Positions 20,196-33,700 of a stretch of 64,000 nucleotides of DNA are shown here, piece after piece. Numbering within the stretch: the first letter of the stretch is position 1; every line of letters starts with the position of its first letter. The position numbers were made by a program, and so were the translations under genes. Source of the DNA: Salpingoeca rosetta (taxonomy: Eukaryota > Protista > Choanoflagellata); assembly GCA_033442325.1 (NCBI GenBank), contig JAWQFM010000010.1, forward strand, positions 230,930-294,929, read 5' to 3'. The notes beneath the pieces were generated by a model that ran no database searches, was not told the DNA's origin, and was given only the letters and a program-made list of their open reading frames with translations.

Positions 20196-21892
20196 GCATC
20201 TGCATTTTTGTGTTACAGTGCGTTGTGCCGTTATATCGATGCATCCGCCTAAAGCACCTCTTTCCCCCCCCCACCTTCGCTTGTGCTGCTCACCAACGCC
20301 ACGCACGCATCGCTGCTTCTGCCTCCATGTCACAGCAGCCACACCAACACCACCACCAGCAGCAGCAGCAGCATAACCGAGAGGGACGCAGCAGCAGCAG
20401 CCACGATATTGTGCTTGGCCAATCCGCCCTCAGTCCTATTGACCGGGGACTCGTGCGCGTCGACAAGACAGCCGTTGTTGGGTGAGCGGCGTGTTAACTT
20501 GTCTTGAGTCGTGCTGTGGTGCGGGATTTTTGGTGTGGTGCGGGATATTGTGGTGTGCAATGTGGTTTTTTTTTTTTTTTTTTGCGTCTCTGGCGTCTGC
20601 CGTGCCAGGAACAGCTTCGACAGGCACCTTCTGCCAGGCCAGCCCTCGTTTGTCACTGACAGCCACACACACACACGCTTGCAACCAACCAAACACATCA
20701 TCATGCCCTTTGCATTCGTTCACATCTGCTCACGTGCTGCTGCATGCATGCCGTGCAGGGCGGGCAAGTTTGGCAGCGTATATCTGTGTCGACTTGGCCG
20801 GGACGTCTTTGCCATGAAGATGGTCGAGGTGCGTACACACACGCACACGCAATGTGTATACTCTCACGCACACACACACACACACACATGCACGCGCACA
20901 CACACGCACACATGCACGCACACACACGCACACACACACACGCACACATGCACGCACACACACACGCACACACATTCACACACAGTATGCACTCTCTCAC
21001 GCGCACATCAAGCTACACACTTCATCCTCACGCACCCACTCCACCCCACTGCACATGACACATACACAACACAACAACACGCACACCCATGGGTAACTCT
21101 TGCACGTTGTTGCGCAGGTGAAAGCTGGGCCGCGCGCTGTTCAGCACACCATGGCGGTGGTGGAGGAGGCAAAGTTCCTCATGCACCTGCGCCACGACAA
21201 CGTGGTGCAGTATATTGACATCTTTGGGCACCAACACACGGACGCCAGCCTTGCCCGTGCGGCGGATTGCGTGTGCATCATCATGGAATACTGCGACAGG
21301 GGCACGTTGTCAGACATTGTGTTTGACACGCCCATCACGCTGGATGACGTTGTTGACATTGTGCGGCAGCTTGCGGATGCGCTTGAGTACATACACGGGC
21401 GCGGTGTTGTGCACTGCGACCTGAAGCTCGAGAACGTGCTCGTCAAGTCTCGGCCCGGCCCTAGGGACTTGGTGAAGCTGGGCGACTTTGGGCTGGCCCG
21501 CAACACAACCGGCGTGTTTGTCCCACGCCCACCCCATCCCAACACGCATCCGCACTCGCACGTGCACATGCACCCACAGCACAGCATGCTGGGTGCGAAC
21601 GATGATGCACGTGGCGGTGATGGTACTGGTGATGATGGCGATCACATGGCTCAGGGTGTTCGTACCCGTTCGCTTCCGTCTTGCTCTTGGGAGGATGGGA
21701 CACCTCGATGTGGGCGAGCATTGACCCCACCAACGTCGCCGTCACGACCGCAACCGGTCCTGCCCCCACACGCACTGCCATCACCACTGTCGACAGCAGC
21801 AACAAGTGTGCCAGCGGTGCCCACATCAATGACAACGGCGCTGTTGCAGACGCCTGGCCCGTTCCCACGCCGCCCACAGCCCACAGCACCGC

Positions 21893-21962
<70 letters not shown>

Positions 21963-21964
21963 GC

Positions 21965-22007
<43 letters not shown>

Positions 22008-22009
22008 GC

Positions 22010-22041
<32 letters not shown>

Positions 22042-22986
22042 GGTAACGTGTTCGGCCCGCAGTCGCTGCTGCCACACCACCACCAGTATGACGAGCACCA
22101 CCACCACCACCACCACCAGCATCCACCTCGTCCACAGAGCAGGGCAGGGCCGCTTAGCACGGTGCGCGGCACGCTGTGCTACCAGGCACCGGAATCGTTT
22201 GAGGGCGGCGAGCGCCTCATTGCACCAGAGTACAGGTGGGCCGTGGACGTGTGGTGCCTTGGCTGCCTGCTGTGGGAGGCTGGCACGCAAGACTGCCTGC
22301 CCATGGGCACACGGGAGCTGTACCTGGGGCGACAGGCCCTCGACCTCCCACACCCACAGTGGCAACGCGTGCGCGCGCACTTTGTGCAGCGGTTGGCGGG
22401 TGCGCTGACAGCCCTGCCTGTTCACCGGCCGCGTGCTCGCAGCGGTGATGGGCTGCGGTGGCGGGGGCAAAGCCATGGCCATGGCGAAGGCGAAGGCGAA
22501 TGCGCGAGGGACAGTGTGGACACGTTCGTGGTTGGAAGCGTTGGAGGAGACACGGGGGTTGAGGAGGAGGAAGCGGCGCGCATTGGGCTGTGCAAGCTGC
22601 TGGAGGCGATGTGGACCGTTGATCCGGCAGAGCGGCCGTCTGCGTATGACATTGGGCGGCTGCCGTTTCTTAAGGACGGGTTCATGTTCAAGGCTGCACC
22701 CGTGGTGGCGACAGCGGAGGAGGAGGTGGTGGAGGACAGTGGTGTTAGCGGTCATGAGGGCTTTGAGCCCGCTGGTCCTGCCAGCCCCACAGCAGCGGCA
22801 GTAGCAAGTGCACCAACAGCACCAACAAGTGCACCACGTGCAGCCCCAACAGCAAGCGCGGCTACAGCAGCAGTGACAGTCCACCCGCCACCAGTGCCAC
22901 CATTATCCTCGTCGCCGCTTGTCGCCTCCACAACCACAACCACAACCACAACCACGACCACAACCACGACAACACGTGCAGCGTGA
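18795..22986 (+). CDS. Ser/Thr protein kinase with N-terminal helical region, SAM-like domain and large poly-Q activation-segment insert
   Basis: Exons ~18795-20024, ~20336-20481, ~20759-20828, 21118-22986. Motifs: G.GKFGSVY, FAMK, EAKFLMHLRHDNVVQY, IIMEYCDRGTL, HCDLKLENVL, DFG, GTLCYQAPE, DVWCLG, DPAERPSA. SAM-like segment LKHVDVQDCAAILTSHGIDTFGHLLTLSPHKLREI. Confidence 0.88.
21892..22041 (+). repeat. Coding (CAA/CAG)n tract encoding ~50 Gln
   Basis: Lies in the open kinase frame between DFG and APE. Confidence 0.9.
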
Positions 22987-23134
22987 CTGTGTGAGTGAAG
23001 GCTGTGAAGTGCCTTTTGGGGGGGGGGGCGGGCGAGCTTGATGGTTATCTCACATTAATCAGCACCAGCAAACACGTATCTGATTGTGATGTGACCAACA
23101 GAAAGGCAGTGTGATCGCGGTGCTGTTGCTTCCA

Positions 23135-23192
<58 letters not shown>

Positions 23193-23264
23193 CAAAACAA
23201 AACACCAACAAAAAGGACTGTGCATTTTTGCATCCTCCCGATTGTTGTTGTTGTTGTTGTGACG

Positions 23265-24303
23265 ATGGGGGATGGTGTTGCTGCTGTGTGGCGTGGGCAT
23301 GCTCAGGAGAGTGCCCACTGCTGTCCTTGGACACTGGGCGCCCAGCAGCACACGGCATCGACAAGCACGAACACAGTGCACCACGACACAGCTTGTTTGC
23401 CGGACGACGGAGGCCCATCCACGAAACGAGCGGTGAGAGAGCACAGCGCGCGTTTGCATTTGAGTGTTTGTGAGGGGCAAACGCGCGGTTGTCACATTAT
23501 GTTACTGCCTTTCATTTTTGTCCGTTGTCATCATCACACGCTCATTGACGAGATGCGCACCACCGACACACACACACACACGCACGTGGACACTCCAGAA
23601 GCTGTGCCAGTCTACAGCACCGCACCAGCAGCAACATGAGGGCGCACAACAACACGCGACTGCAACAAGAACAGTGCCATCAACTATGGATGAAGGCGAG
23701 GACGCGCCGAGGATACCAGGCTCATCTATGCTCGGCCATGCGACGCCTCAACCACACACGCAGACTCCAGAGGCAACATCAGTCCAGTTCAGTGCATGTC
23801 AAGCACCAGAGCTGACGCTGGCCAACGCAAACGCCCACCACGGCCCCCAACACGCCGACACTGCCGGGTCACTCGCAGAGGTACGGCGGCGTGGACTTTG
23901 CGTGGTTGTGACATGCTGTTTGACCAACAACGACACCATCCCACGATCACACTTGCTCGCTTGTTCACTCTGTTTTGGGTGGTTCGCTTCCTCGCTTGCT
24001 TCTTCCCGGGCTACAGCTGTGGCAAGCGTACATGGACCAGCGGCTGGCCCTTGAGGAGCTGTGATGTGACGTGCGATGTGATGACAGATGACTTTGCCCT
24101 TTGATTTCAGCTTTATTCTTCGGGAGAGGCGTGTGTACGAGATAGTGCTTGGTGAGCACACGTGTGTTGTTTATTTCGCTGTTAAATGTTACATTGCAGT
24201 TGACGTGCGACGTTCGTTGCATTGCCTTTTCCGTGATCTGTGTGCCACTGTCCTGGGTTGGTCAGAGTGGCAGAAGCAGGAAGGCGCGATAACCGATGAT
24301 TAA
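23265..24303 (+). CDS. Putative small orphan gene (about 5 exons), no recognisable domain
   Basis: GT-AG joins keep the frame: MGDGVAAVWRG...PSTKRA | KLCQSTAP...GSLAE | LWQAYMDQRLALEEL | FILRERRVYEIVL | VDVRRSLHCLFRDLCATVLGWSEWQKQEGAITDD*. No family motif recognised. Confidence 0.4.
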
Positions 24304-24332
24304 ACGGTGCATTTCTGCCAAACGTGTGCTGT

Positions 24333-24354
24333 GCCGCGAATTTTGAAATTTGAA
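24333..24354 (+). promoter_or_regulatory. CDE/CHR-like cell-cycle element upstream of KIF22
   Basis: GCCGC-GAAT-TTTGAA-A-TTTGAA, 40-60 bp before the ATG at 24394. Confidence 0.3.
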
Positions 24355-24393
24355 GGCTTTGCTTCTTGCTTGCTTGTGAGACTTGGTTCGACC

Positions 24394-25585
24394 ATGGACT
24401 CGGGGAACGTGAGGGTTGCGGTGCGTGTGAGGTGCGTGCTGGAGCATGAGCAGGACGAGGAACTCTGTCTGACACAAGCAGACAAGGCCATCCAACTCTA
24501 CAACTGGAAATCCCCAACAGACACTCTCAAGTTCAGGTTGGACATGTGTGCGCACTTGTGTATGTGTGTGTGCGTTTGTGTGCATGCTTGTATGTATGTG
24601 TGTGTGCAAACTTGTGTGTGTCTGTCTGTCTATCTGTCTATCTGTCTATCTGTCTATCTGCCCATCTGGGTGTGTGTGCCTGTCTCCTTTCCACTGCCCC
24701 CTTTTCTTGTGGGTGCAAGAATCACGCTTGCACACTGACAAAAAACCCCGGGTGCAACAATGACACGACGACAAGACAAGCAGATTCGTCAAGTGTAGGC
24801 GACGCTCACCACATGTTGCTACATGTGATGCGTGTCTGTGTGTACAGATTTGATGCGTGCTACAATGAGGAGGCGAGCCAAAAGGAAATCTTCATGGGCG
24901 AGGTGAAACCTTTGCTGGATCTCCCACTCAAAGGATTCAACGCCACTTGTTTCGCTTACGGGCCAACTGGCGCTGGCAAGACCTTCACCATGCAGGGAAC
25001 CAAGCAACACCCAGGTGAGCGCCACAAACTACAGCCATGGCACGTGGTTCTCTGATGATGCTGACAAGTTGTTCTTGCTTTCAACAAAGCACGTCCGATG
25101 CCTACACCACAGCAACCAGTACGCTCACCATTGCGTCGCCATCACCACCATAGCACCACAAACTCACCATTGCATCCTCAACACTTAAACCCAACACGCA
25201 GGTATCATTCCGCGAAGCATCAAGCACATGTTCCAGCTCGTGAACAGGAGAACAAAGGACACACAGCAGTTTACCGTGTCCATGTCTTTCCTCGAGATTT
25301 ACCAAGAAAAGGTTGGTGGGGTGCACTGCCCACCTGCTTCCGGTGTCCACAACACACACACTCTCTCTCTCATACACACACACACACACTCACACATGAG
25401 CGCTCGAGCAGTGTGAGGGGCGTGTGAGAGGAAGAGACATCACAGGAAGGTTCTGCTGCAAATTCAACCTAATCATGCGTTTCTGTCATGTTTGATAAAG
25501 GTGTACGACTTGCTGGAACCGAAAGATCACGACCTCACTATTCTACAAGATGCATCGGGTTCCATTGTCGTGCCAGACTTGGCCG

Positions 25586-25645
<60 letters not shown>

Positions 25646-26603
25646 CTGTTCGTCTGCGTGTGTCTCTGTGTGTGTGCGTATGTGTGTCTCTGTGTGTGTG
25701 CGTGTGTGTGTCTGGAAAGGGGTATACACGCCACCTCTGTCTGTCTGCTTGCTTGTCTACCTGTCCGTCTGTCCGCGTACACACTTCTGTGCATATATCC
25801 CTTCTCTGAGTTGTGGTCTTTCTTTGCGTTCCGTCCTCGCAGCTTCTCACCTGTTGTCGCTTTCCATCTCAAAGGTCCCAATTCAAAGCGTCAAGGACTT
25901 CGAGGCGACATACAACAGCGGTCTGGAGCAGCGTGCAACGCACAGCACAGCACTCAACGCCCACTCAAGCCGAAGCCACGCTGTGCTCACCATCAAGGTC
26001 AGGCCAAGACTTACACGCACATATACACACACGCAGACCCATGCACACAGAGAGAGAGAGAGACACACACACACACACACACAGACCCGCAGACCCGCAG
26101 ACACACAGAGAAGTTGGGGTTTTCGATTTGGGTGTTGAGAGGTGTGAGTCAGCCTTTGTTGGGATGAAGAAGCTCATCGATTTGTGTCTGAACCACGTCG
26201 ACAGGTGTAATGTGTACTCTTGCAATCAAATGAATACACTCAACCCACGCATATATGCACAACCACATGCACATATTACCGCACGCACACACGCATGCAC
26301 AGGTGCAGTCGCGCGCATGCAAGAACGGCGAGTGGAACGCACGCGTGGGCAAATTGCACTTGATTGACCTTGCTGGCTCTGAGGACAACCGCAAGACGGG
26401 AAACGTTGGTGACCGCATGAAGGAGAGCACAGCGATTAACAAGTCACTGTTTGCCCTGAACCAAGTGGTGGACGCCATCAACAGAAAGCAGGCGCGAATT
26501 CCATACAGGGAAAGCAAACTCACCCGTTTCCTCCAGGTCGGTGCTGTCCGCGTGCGTGTGTGTGTGTATGTATGTGTATGTGTGCATGTGTATGGGTGTG
26601 TCC

Positions 26604-26638
<35 letters not shown>

Positions 26639-26640
26639 TT

Positions 26641-26681
<41 letters not shown>

Positions 26682-27644
26682 GTGAGGCTGTCTGCCTGCG
26701 CTCTTTCTCTCTATCCCGTACTCACATACATACATACATACATACATACATACATACATACATACATACATACATACATACATACATACATACATACATA
26801 CATACATACATACATACATACATACATACATACATACATACATACATACATACATACATACATACATACATACATACATACATACATACGCACACGTATA
26901 CACACGTACACACATATCCTCACACAAAACCACACAATCTCTGATTCACACGGCTCCGTTTCATATGTGCACGTGCAGGAGGCGCTTGGCGGAAACAGCG
27001 TTGCAAAGATCCTGACATGCCTCGGCCCCACCAAGAACATGTACTTCAACACGTACCACGCGCTCAACTTTGCGTCCAAGTCGCGGCAGGTTGTCAACAA
27101 ACCATTTGAGGCGAGGACAACGCGCGTAAACGCGGCAGGCAAGGCGCAGCCAACACCGGCAGCATCGACATCATCAGGGCCCATTGTGCGGCCGTCGCGC
27201 GCGAATGCGGGCGGGAAGAGGAGCGCAGCAGCCGCTGACGGCAGCGAAGACAACACCAGCAAGCGCGCAAACAGGAGACCGGCAGGTCCTTCATCGTCAG
27301 CATCGTCAAGAGCGCCACACGCGAGCAGTCTCCGCCGGGAAATTCAAACAGAGGGGAGCCGAAGGCCCACCAAACAGGCAGCGACAGCAACAGCAGGCAA
27401 AGGCAAGGACGGGTCGCTCACACAGCGGCTGGAGCATCGTGTGCAACAGCTTGAGAAGTACATGACAGATGTCATGTTGGCACAAATGAACGGGCAGCAA
27501 CAACAGCAACAGCAGCAACAAGACGCAGCTGATACAGCAACGGAGTCAGAGACGACGACCAGCGCAGTGCAGAAAGCAACCTTCTCCAGCAGCATGACGG
27601 AGGAACAGCGTGTGCATGTCGCCAAGTACGAGCCACACTTGCAC

Positions 27645-27692
<48 letters not shown>

Positions 27693-27959
27693 CAATCATT
27701 GCTGTGCTCTGATTGGGCTGTGATTTTTCATCGTTATTCTGTTTGGGCGTGTTGTTGGCTGTGTGTTCGTGTGTTGTCACTCCACACAACGCTTGCTCTC
27801 ATTCCGGACACGCTCCTGTGTTGGCTGCACCCGTTTTCTTCAGGTCCATCATCAAAGTTGCCAAGGCGTTCAAAAGTTCTGGAGATCTCCCTTCAGCCCT
27901 GCGCCACTACGAAGAGGTGATGGACATGTGTTCGTGTGCGTGCGTACGTGTGCGTGCGT

Positions 27960-28053
<94 letters not shown>

Positions 28054-28897
28054 GTACATGTTGAGGCGCGATGCGTTGACCTTGACGTACCCGCTTCACA
28101 ACTGCACCTCGCATCAAACACGCCGTCTTCCGTCTCTCATATGATGCAAACACACAACTGCCATGACAACAGGCGCTTGAACTGCTGCCCAAGCACGAGG
28201 GGCTGCGTGCGAAAGTGGAGGCGCTTCGCAAGAAAGTTGCCAACCGGGCCGGCAAGACCAATGCAGGCGAAGGGAAGAACGAATCAGACACGGCTAAGGC
28301 CGACAAGAACAGAATCCCAGCGGACCACATCGACAGCACCACTAGCAACAGCACAACTGCCACTGCTGCCACCACCACCAGTAGCAAGCAGAGCAAGAAG
28401 GGCGGCACAGTCACAGAAAAGACCACAAATCTGCTCCAGCAGAGCCGCCAGCGAATGGCAATGTTGGGCGGATCAACGTTTCGTGCCAGGGCAGCAGACA
28501 AGGGCAAGATGAAAGACACGCTTGGGCGAAAGAAGCTTGAGGTGTTTGATGAGTTTGCAACGCCCGTTCGTGGTCTTGGGGGTAGACCGGCAACACATGC
28601 ACAGGGTCACCCTGCTGCTGCCGCTGCTGCGAGGAAACCGCTTGCAAAGCGCAAGCCTCTTTGCCCGATTCAACACCCACCCAAGAAGGTCAGCCACATT
28701 GAACCTTGGGGCCGTGTTTCTGCATTGTGTGCTGAGGGAGGATGGTTGGGGATGCATGTCATGACAGTGCCGATGCGTGATGTGCCTGATGTAGCCGCAT
28801 ACACAACCACAGATACACCCAGATCACATAACACCAGCTACACCCAACACCTCGCTCATGATACCGATCAATGCTTGCTGTCGGCACTGTACAACCT

Positions 28898-28967
<70 letters not shown>

Positions 28968-29948
28968 CGCGCGTAAATACGCGTGTGTAGGGGCATCAGG
29001 ACAACTTGAATGATTCAACGCAAGAGGACCCCACTTGGAGCCCCGAGAATGAAGAGGAGGATGCTATGAATGACGGCATGCTGAAATATTTTGAGCCACG
29101 TGACAGTGTCCGTCGCAAGCGACCCAAAGTCGCGCATGTACCACCAACCCTCATGGCGACGCTCAACGAAGCAAACGTGCGATGGCGTTTGTTAAGCGTG
29201 TGAATATGTGTGCGCCTGTATGTGTACGTGTGAGTGTGAGAGAGACGGCGAGCGTACCTGAGAGGCCGTGTGTCTGTGCGTCTGTGCGTCTGTCTGTGAG
29301 TTTTCTGCTCGTTGTGGGTGAGTCAAATGGATTGCTGATGTGCTCGAGTTGTGCCATATCCGTGGTGCTCATCAGGATATGTCTAGGCACCTTTCAACTC
29401 CTCACACCACTATGCACGCGTTGACACAACCACGCTGGTATTTTGCTCACTGCAGGCGAAAGAGCTAATGGAGTTGAACGGCATTGGCAAGAAGCGAGCA
29501 CAGGCCATCCTCGCCCACAGACAACTCCGTGGCAACTTTGAATCTGTACGTTGAGCATGAGGTCATACGAGCCTGTGTGTGTGTGTGTTTGTTTGTGCCC
29601 GTGTGTCCATGTGTCCGTGTGTTCGTGTGTCCGTGTGTCCGTGTGTGTCTGTCTGTCTGTATGTGTGTGTGTGTGTGTGTTTGTTTGTTTGTGCCCGTGT
29701 GTCCATGTGTCCGTGTGTCCGTGTGTCCGTGCATAAGTTGATCCAATGCGGACCTGCGATTGACGAATCAGTCAGTCAGTCTGGCTTCCTGCCATCTGCC
29801 TGCGCAGACTCCCTCCCCTCGCTCTTGTCCCAATACAAGTTTGTCGTAGCTCACTCCAATCCCACACTGATCTGGTGGTGGCAACTTGTAGGTGGCAGAC
29901 CTGCACGAATGTGGTTTGACTGATGGCATCTTGTCACGCCTTGTCATG
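24394..29948 (+). CDS. KIF22: Kinesin-10 chromokinesin (Kid/KIF22-like) with TPR-like segment and C-terminal helix-hairpin-helix; terminal exon unresolved (~29950-30300)
   Basis: [90 protein letters not shown]. HhH: LNEA...[43 protein letters not shown] plus HhH is typical of KIF22. Confidence 0.9.
26726..26889 (+). repeat. (TACA)n tetranucleotide microsatellite in a KIF22 intron, following a (GT)n tract
   Basis: About 40 TACA units, seen directly. Confidence 0.95.
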
Positions 29949-30711
29949 GTAAGCGTCATGAAGACGACAGCCCTGCTGTTGCTGATAAAGCTGAGCATGT
30001 ATGGCCTTTGGTATTTGGTTGCCTTCTCCTCAATAGAGCAGTGTTCCTCGTGCATGAATTCCCCACGCCCCAAGATCTGCTCATGCTCACCACACATGCT
30101 TCGGTTTGATTGTGCTTTGTCGCTGTCGTGTTTTGTGCGCACAGACACATGTTGTCGTGTGAGGTGAGGGGAAACAGGTTCCCATGCATGCGAGGAAGTG
30201 GGGCTGACTATACCTCCATGCTGTACCAGCAATGACAACAGCAAGCATTCAATCATACACGGAATTGCACCAGCTCGAACCACAGAAAGTTCGAATTGAC
30301 CAAGCCATGTACACGACCGAGCAGGCTGACACTCGTCCTCTTCATCATCGCATGCATCCACACGTGCGTACATGCGCACTGCCTTTCTTTCACATTTCGA
30401 CATTCGCTTGTGACATTGTGTTTGCTCGCCGTATTGTGTTTACATGTGTGCGTTTGTGCTGTTTGTTCCATTGTTCGTTCATTTTCACTTCATAGCCGTC
30501 GCTCCCATCACGCCTTCAACAACCTTGCACACAAGACTCCAGCCCGCAGTAAAAGAGAGATGTTAACCATACGTGCTGAACAACATAACACAGAGCAAAT
30601 GCCCCCATTCAGGCGACCAGCAAAATGCAAAGACGATTGACAAGGGTGTGCCACACGATACAAACATGTGAGGGGTGAAGCGCACTGCACAGCAATATCA
30701 TGGCGCTCACG

Positions 30712-33700
30712 CTAGTACGGGCGGCCTGTGCGATAGAAGATTTCATGCCGGCTCTGCAAGCATGAGGTGATGGGTGGTTGATGTGTTGGTGGTGTTAGTG
30801 GTGTTGGTGGTGTTGGTGGTGTTGGTGGTGCCACAGGCCACGACCACAGCCAGGACGGGCAAACGAGCAATTGGCGTTATGTGAGGGTGAGAGGGAGACA
30901 GAGTGATGATGGCACTGATGACTCACACATGTACAAACACACATTCACGCACGTGGACTCATACGCATACACATGCATCCACACATCCACACACACATGC
31001 ATCCACACACACACAGGTGGACTCATACATACACACAAAACACACATTCACACACAGCCACATACCGGGCAGTAAATCTCGACCATGTCAGGAACAACGG
31101 CACGCGTCGTGGTTGTGTTCTGGTTGTTGGCGTTGATATTGATGTTGTTGTGCAGACTGGGGTTGTGCCCGATCCTGCGACGAAACGGCAGGGACACGTG
31201 CATGGGCGATTCAATCCGTGGCTTGTCTGTCAACCTCGCCGCCCTGCGTTTGCGGTATGCGTCTTTGTGGTGGTGATGATGGTGGCGGTGATACTCTTGT
31301 TGTTGTGACTGTGCCTGTTGGTGGCCGTGCACGTGTCCGTGCTGCTGGTGCTGGTGGTCGAGAATGAGGCGGCTGCTCTGGTGCTCGTCGTCGAGGTAAC
31401 CAACAAAGTGGTGATGAAGATGGTCCTTGGCGTGCCTCTTCTTGTGTTTCTTCTTGTGTTTCCTCTTGTGTCGCCTCTTTGCATTGGCGGGATACGAGTC
31501 AATCGCAGAGAGGTGCGCGAATACGCTCGTTCCGTACTGCGTCTCCGTTGGTATGCCCGCCGCTTGCTGCAGCTGCAGTTGTGGTGGCAGGTAGGTTGGC
31601 TCCTGCAGCTGGCCGTGGCGGTTTCTCCTTGCGTGCTCGCCATCGTCTCTCCTCTCGGTCGCCTGATGTGCCGCTGTTGAGATGTCATTGTGTTTGGAAG
31701 CGTCCGCGTCACCCCGGGTCACCTCTGGTAGCGCTGGCTGGGATTGCGAGTGCGACAGCTGAGTCTTCGTCGCCTTCGACACGCCATGCCTGTTCAGCTC
31801 CAAGTATCGATCATACAGGGATGCGCACTCCGTGTCGTCCTCTTCTTCGCCGTTCCCGCCCGTAGGTTTAAGTACCGCCTCAGTCCTCGTGTTGGTCTTC
31901 GTCATCCTCTCGTGCGCCTCGGCAGCTGCTTCCTTCGGCGTACCGTTGCTGTGCCCTTGTTTCTCCTCCTCCTCCCCTGCCCCTTTGCTGCTGTTTGCTC
32001 CTGGGACCGGTGCGTCGTTCTCACGCTTTGATCCTTTCCCTCCATCGCCATTTTCACCCCCACCAACGACTTCAGCTTCATCTCCTTGTGCCCGTGCTTT
32101 GTCCGCCTGCTCTTGCTCACCACCCTCCTTCGCGGGCTGTTGGTTCTGCTGCATGTGCTTGTCTGCCACGTCGTTGTTGAGGATGCTGGCGTTTGACTTG
32201 CTGTCGGACCCATCGATGTCACACGCCTCTTGGTAGACGGGCGAACGGGGCGACGATGTCTGCAGGAAGCCAAACGTGATGCTTGGCATCATGGATGGTG
32301 GCGACATCACCTCGTATCCTTGACTGTCCTTTCTGTGGTGCGTGCGCCGTTGTGGCGGGCGCACGTGTGGGCGGTGGTGACTGGGCTCTTTCGCCACCGC
32401 CATAGGAGGAGACATGGGGGCAACAGGGAAGAGTTGGTGTTGCGGGTGCGAGAGATGTGGTGATGAAGCGGCGTGCTGGTGTAGCGCGTCCATGCTTGTG
32501 ACTGTGGCTGTGGCTGTGGCTGCGGTGGTGCTGTTGTTGGCCTTGGCGGAATCTTGCGGGAGTGGGATGGCCATACGCGCGACCACGATACGAATGGAGA
32601 GGAGCGGGCATTCCTTGAGCGCGCGCTGCACCTCTGCATGCGTTGCGTATGTGACATCAATGTCCTCTGTCGCAGGCTGCTCGATGGCGTATTCCTTGCG
32701 CGGTTTCAGGCGCGGGATGATGAGGAGGCGGTCGTCTGTGCGCAGGTCTGCGACGGCAGCCGGGGAGTGGGGCTCTGTGTTCTGCACGTAGATGCCTGGC
32801 GCTGGCGCAACAGTGCGCATGTTGAGGCCCCATGGCTCGTGCACGTGTGTGCGGGTCAGGTGCACGGTGATCTGCGTGACGGGAGGCACGCCACGCAGAA
32901 GGAGGAGGTGGATCTTGTTTCCCGCCAACACCATGGCGTTGAGCACCTCTCGATAGGAGCAGTGCCGCACAGACCGCTCGTTGATGCGCAGCACAACCTC
33001 GTCCTCCCCGACCATCCTCTGTGAGTGTTTGCGAGTGTTGGTGTGTGTGTGTGTGTGTGCGTGTGCGTGAGTGTGAGTGTGTGTGTGAGTGAGTGAGTGT
33101 GTGTGTGTGTGTGAAGAGTGTAAGTGAGTGTGAAAGAAGAGAGAGTGTGTGTGAAGAGTGTGAGTGAGTGTGAGAGAAGAGTGTGTGAGAGATAGAGTGT
33201 GTGAGAAAGTGTGTGTTTGTGTGCGTGTGTGTATGTAGATGTGCACATGTGATTAGGTTTGTGGGTTTGTTAAATTATGGCATGCCGTGCGGTGCAGTTG
33301 GTTGCGTGTGGACACGCCACACCCTCCCACAACTAGGCCAATGCAAAACAAAAAGAGAATAGCGCGTGTCATGAAGAATCCCTTGACTGCCATGTACCTG
33401 ATCGGCTGGCACATCGTCGTTGTATTTGATTTGAATGCCATGCTGGCCCGTCTGGAACTTGAGCTGCGTTATGAACAGTGAAAAGATCACAACTGTCGTG
33501 AGGAGATGACGCGAGAATGATGCCTAGCTTGTCTTGTGCGCTTGTTTGTATGTGCATATGCGTTGCACACTCATGCTATTGTGGTTGTGTGTGGCGTGTT
33601 CGTGGTTGTGCGGGCGTGGTACCTTGAAGTTCCAGTCGGTGTGCCTGTGGAGGATGATTTCTCGGGTGGAGGGGAGCGTGTCCCGATCCACGCGCAGTCT

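Noticed and set aside
7464-29948. Two kinesins as a tandem duplication
   Set aside because: They belong to different families (kinesin-3 and kinesin-10) with unrelated tails; their proximity is probably coincidental.
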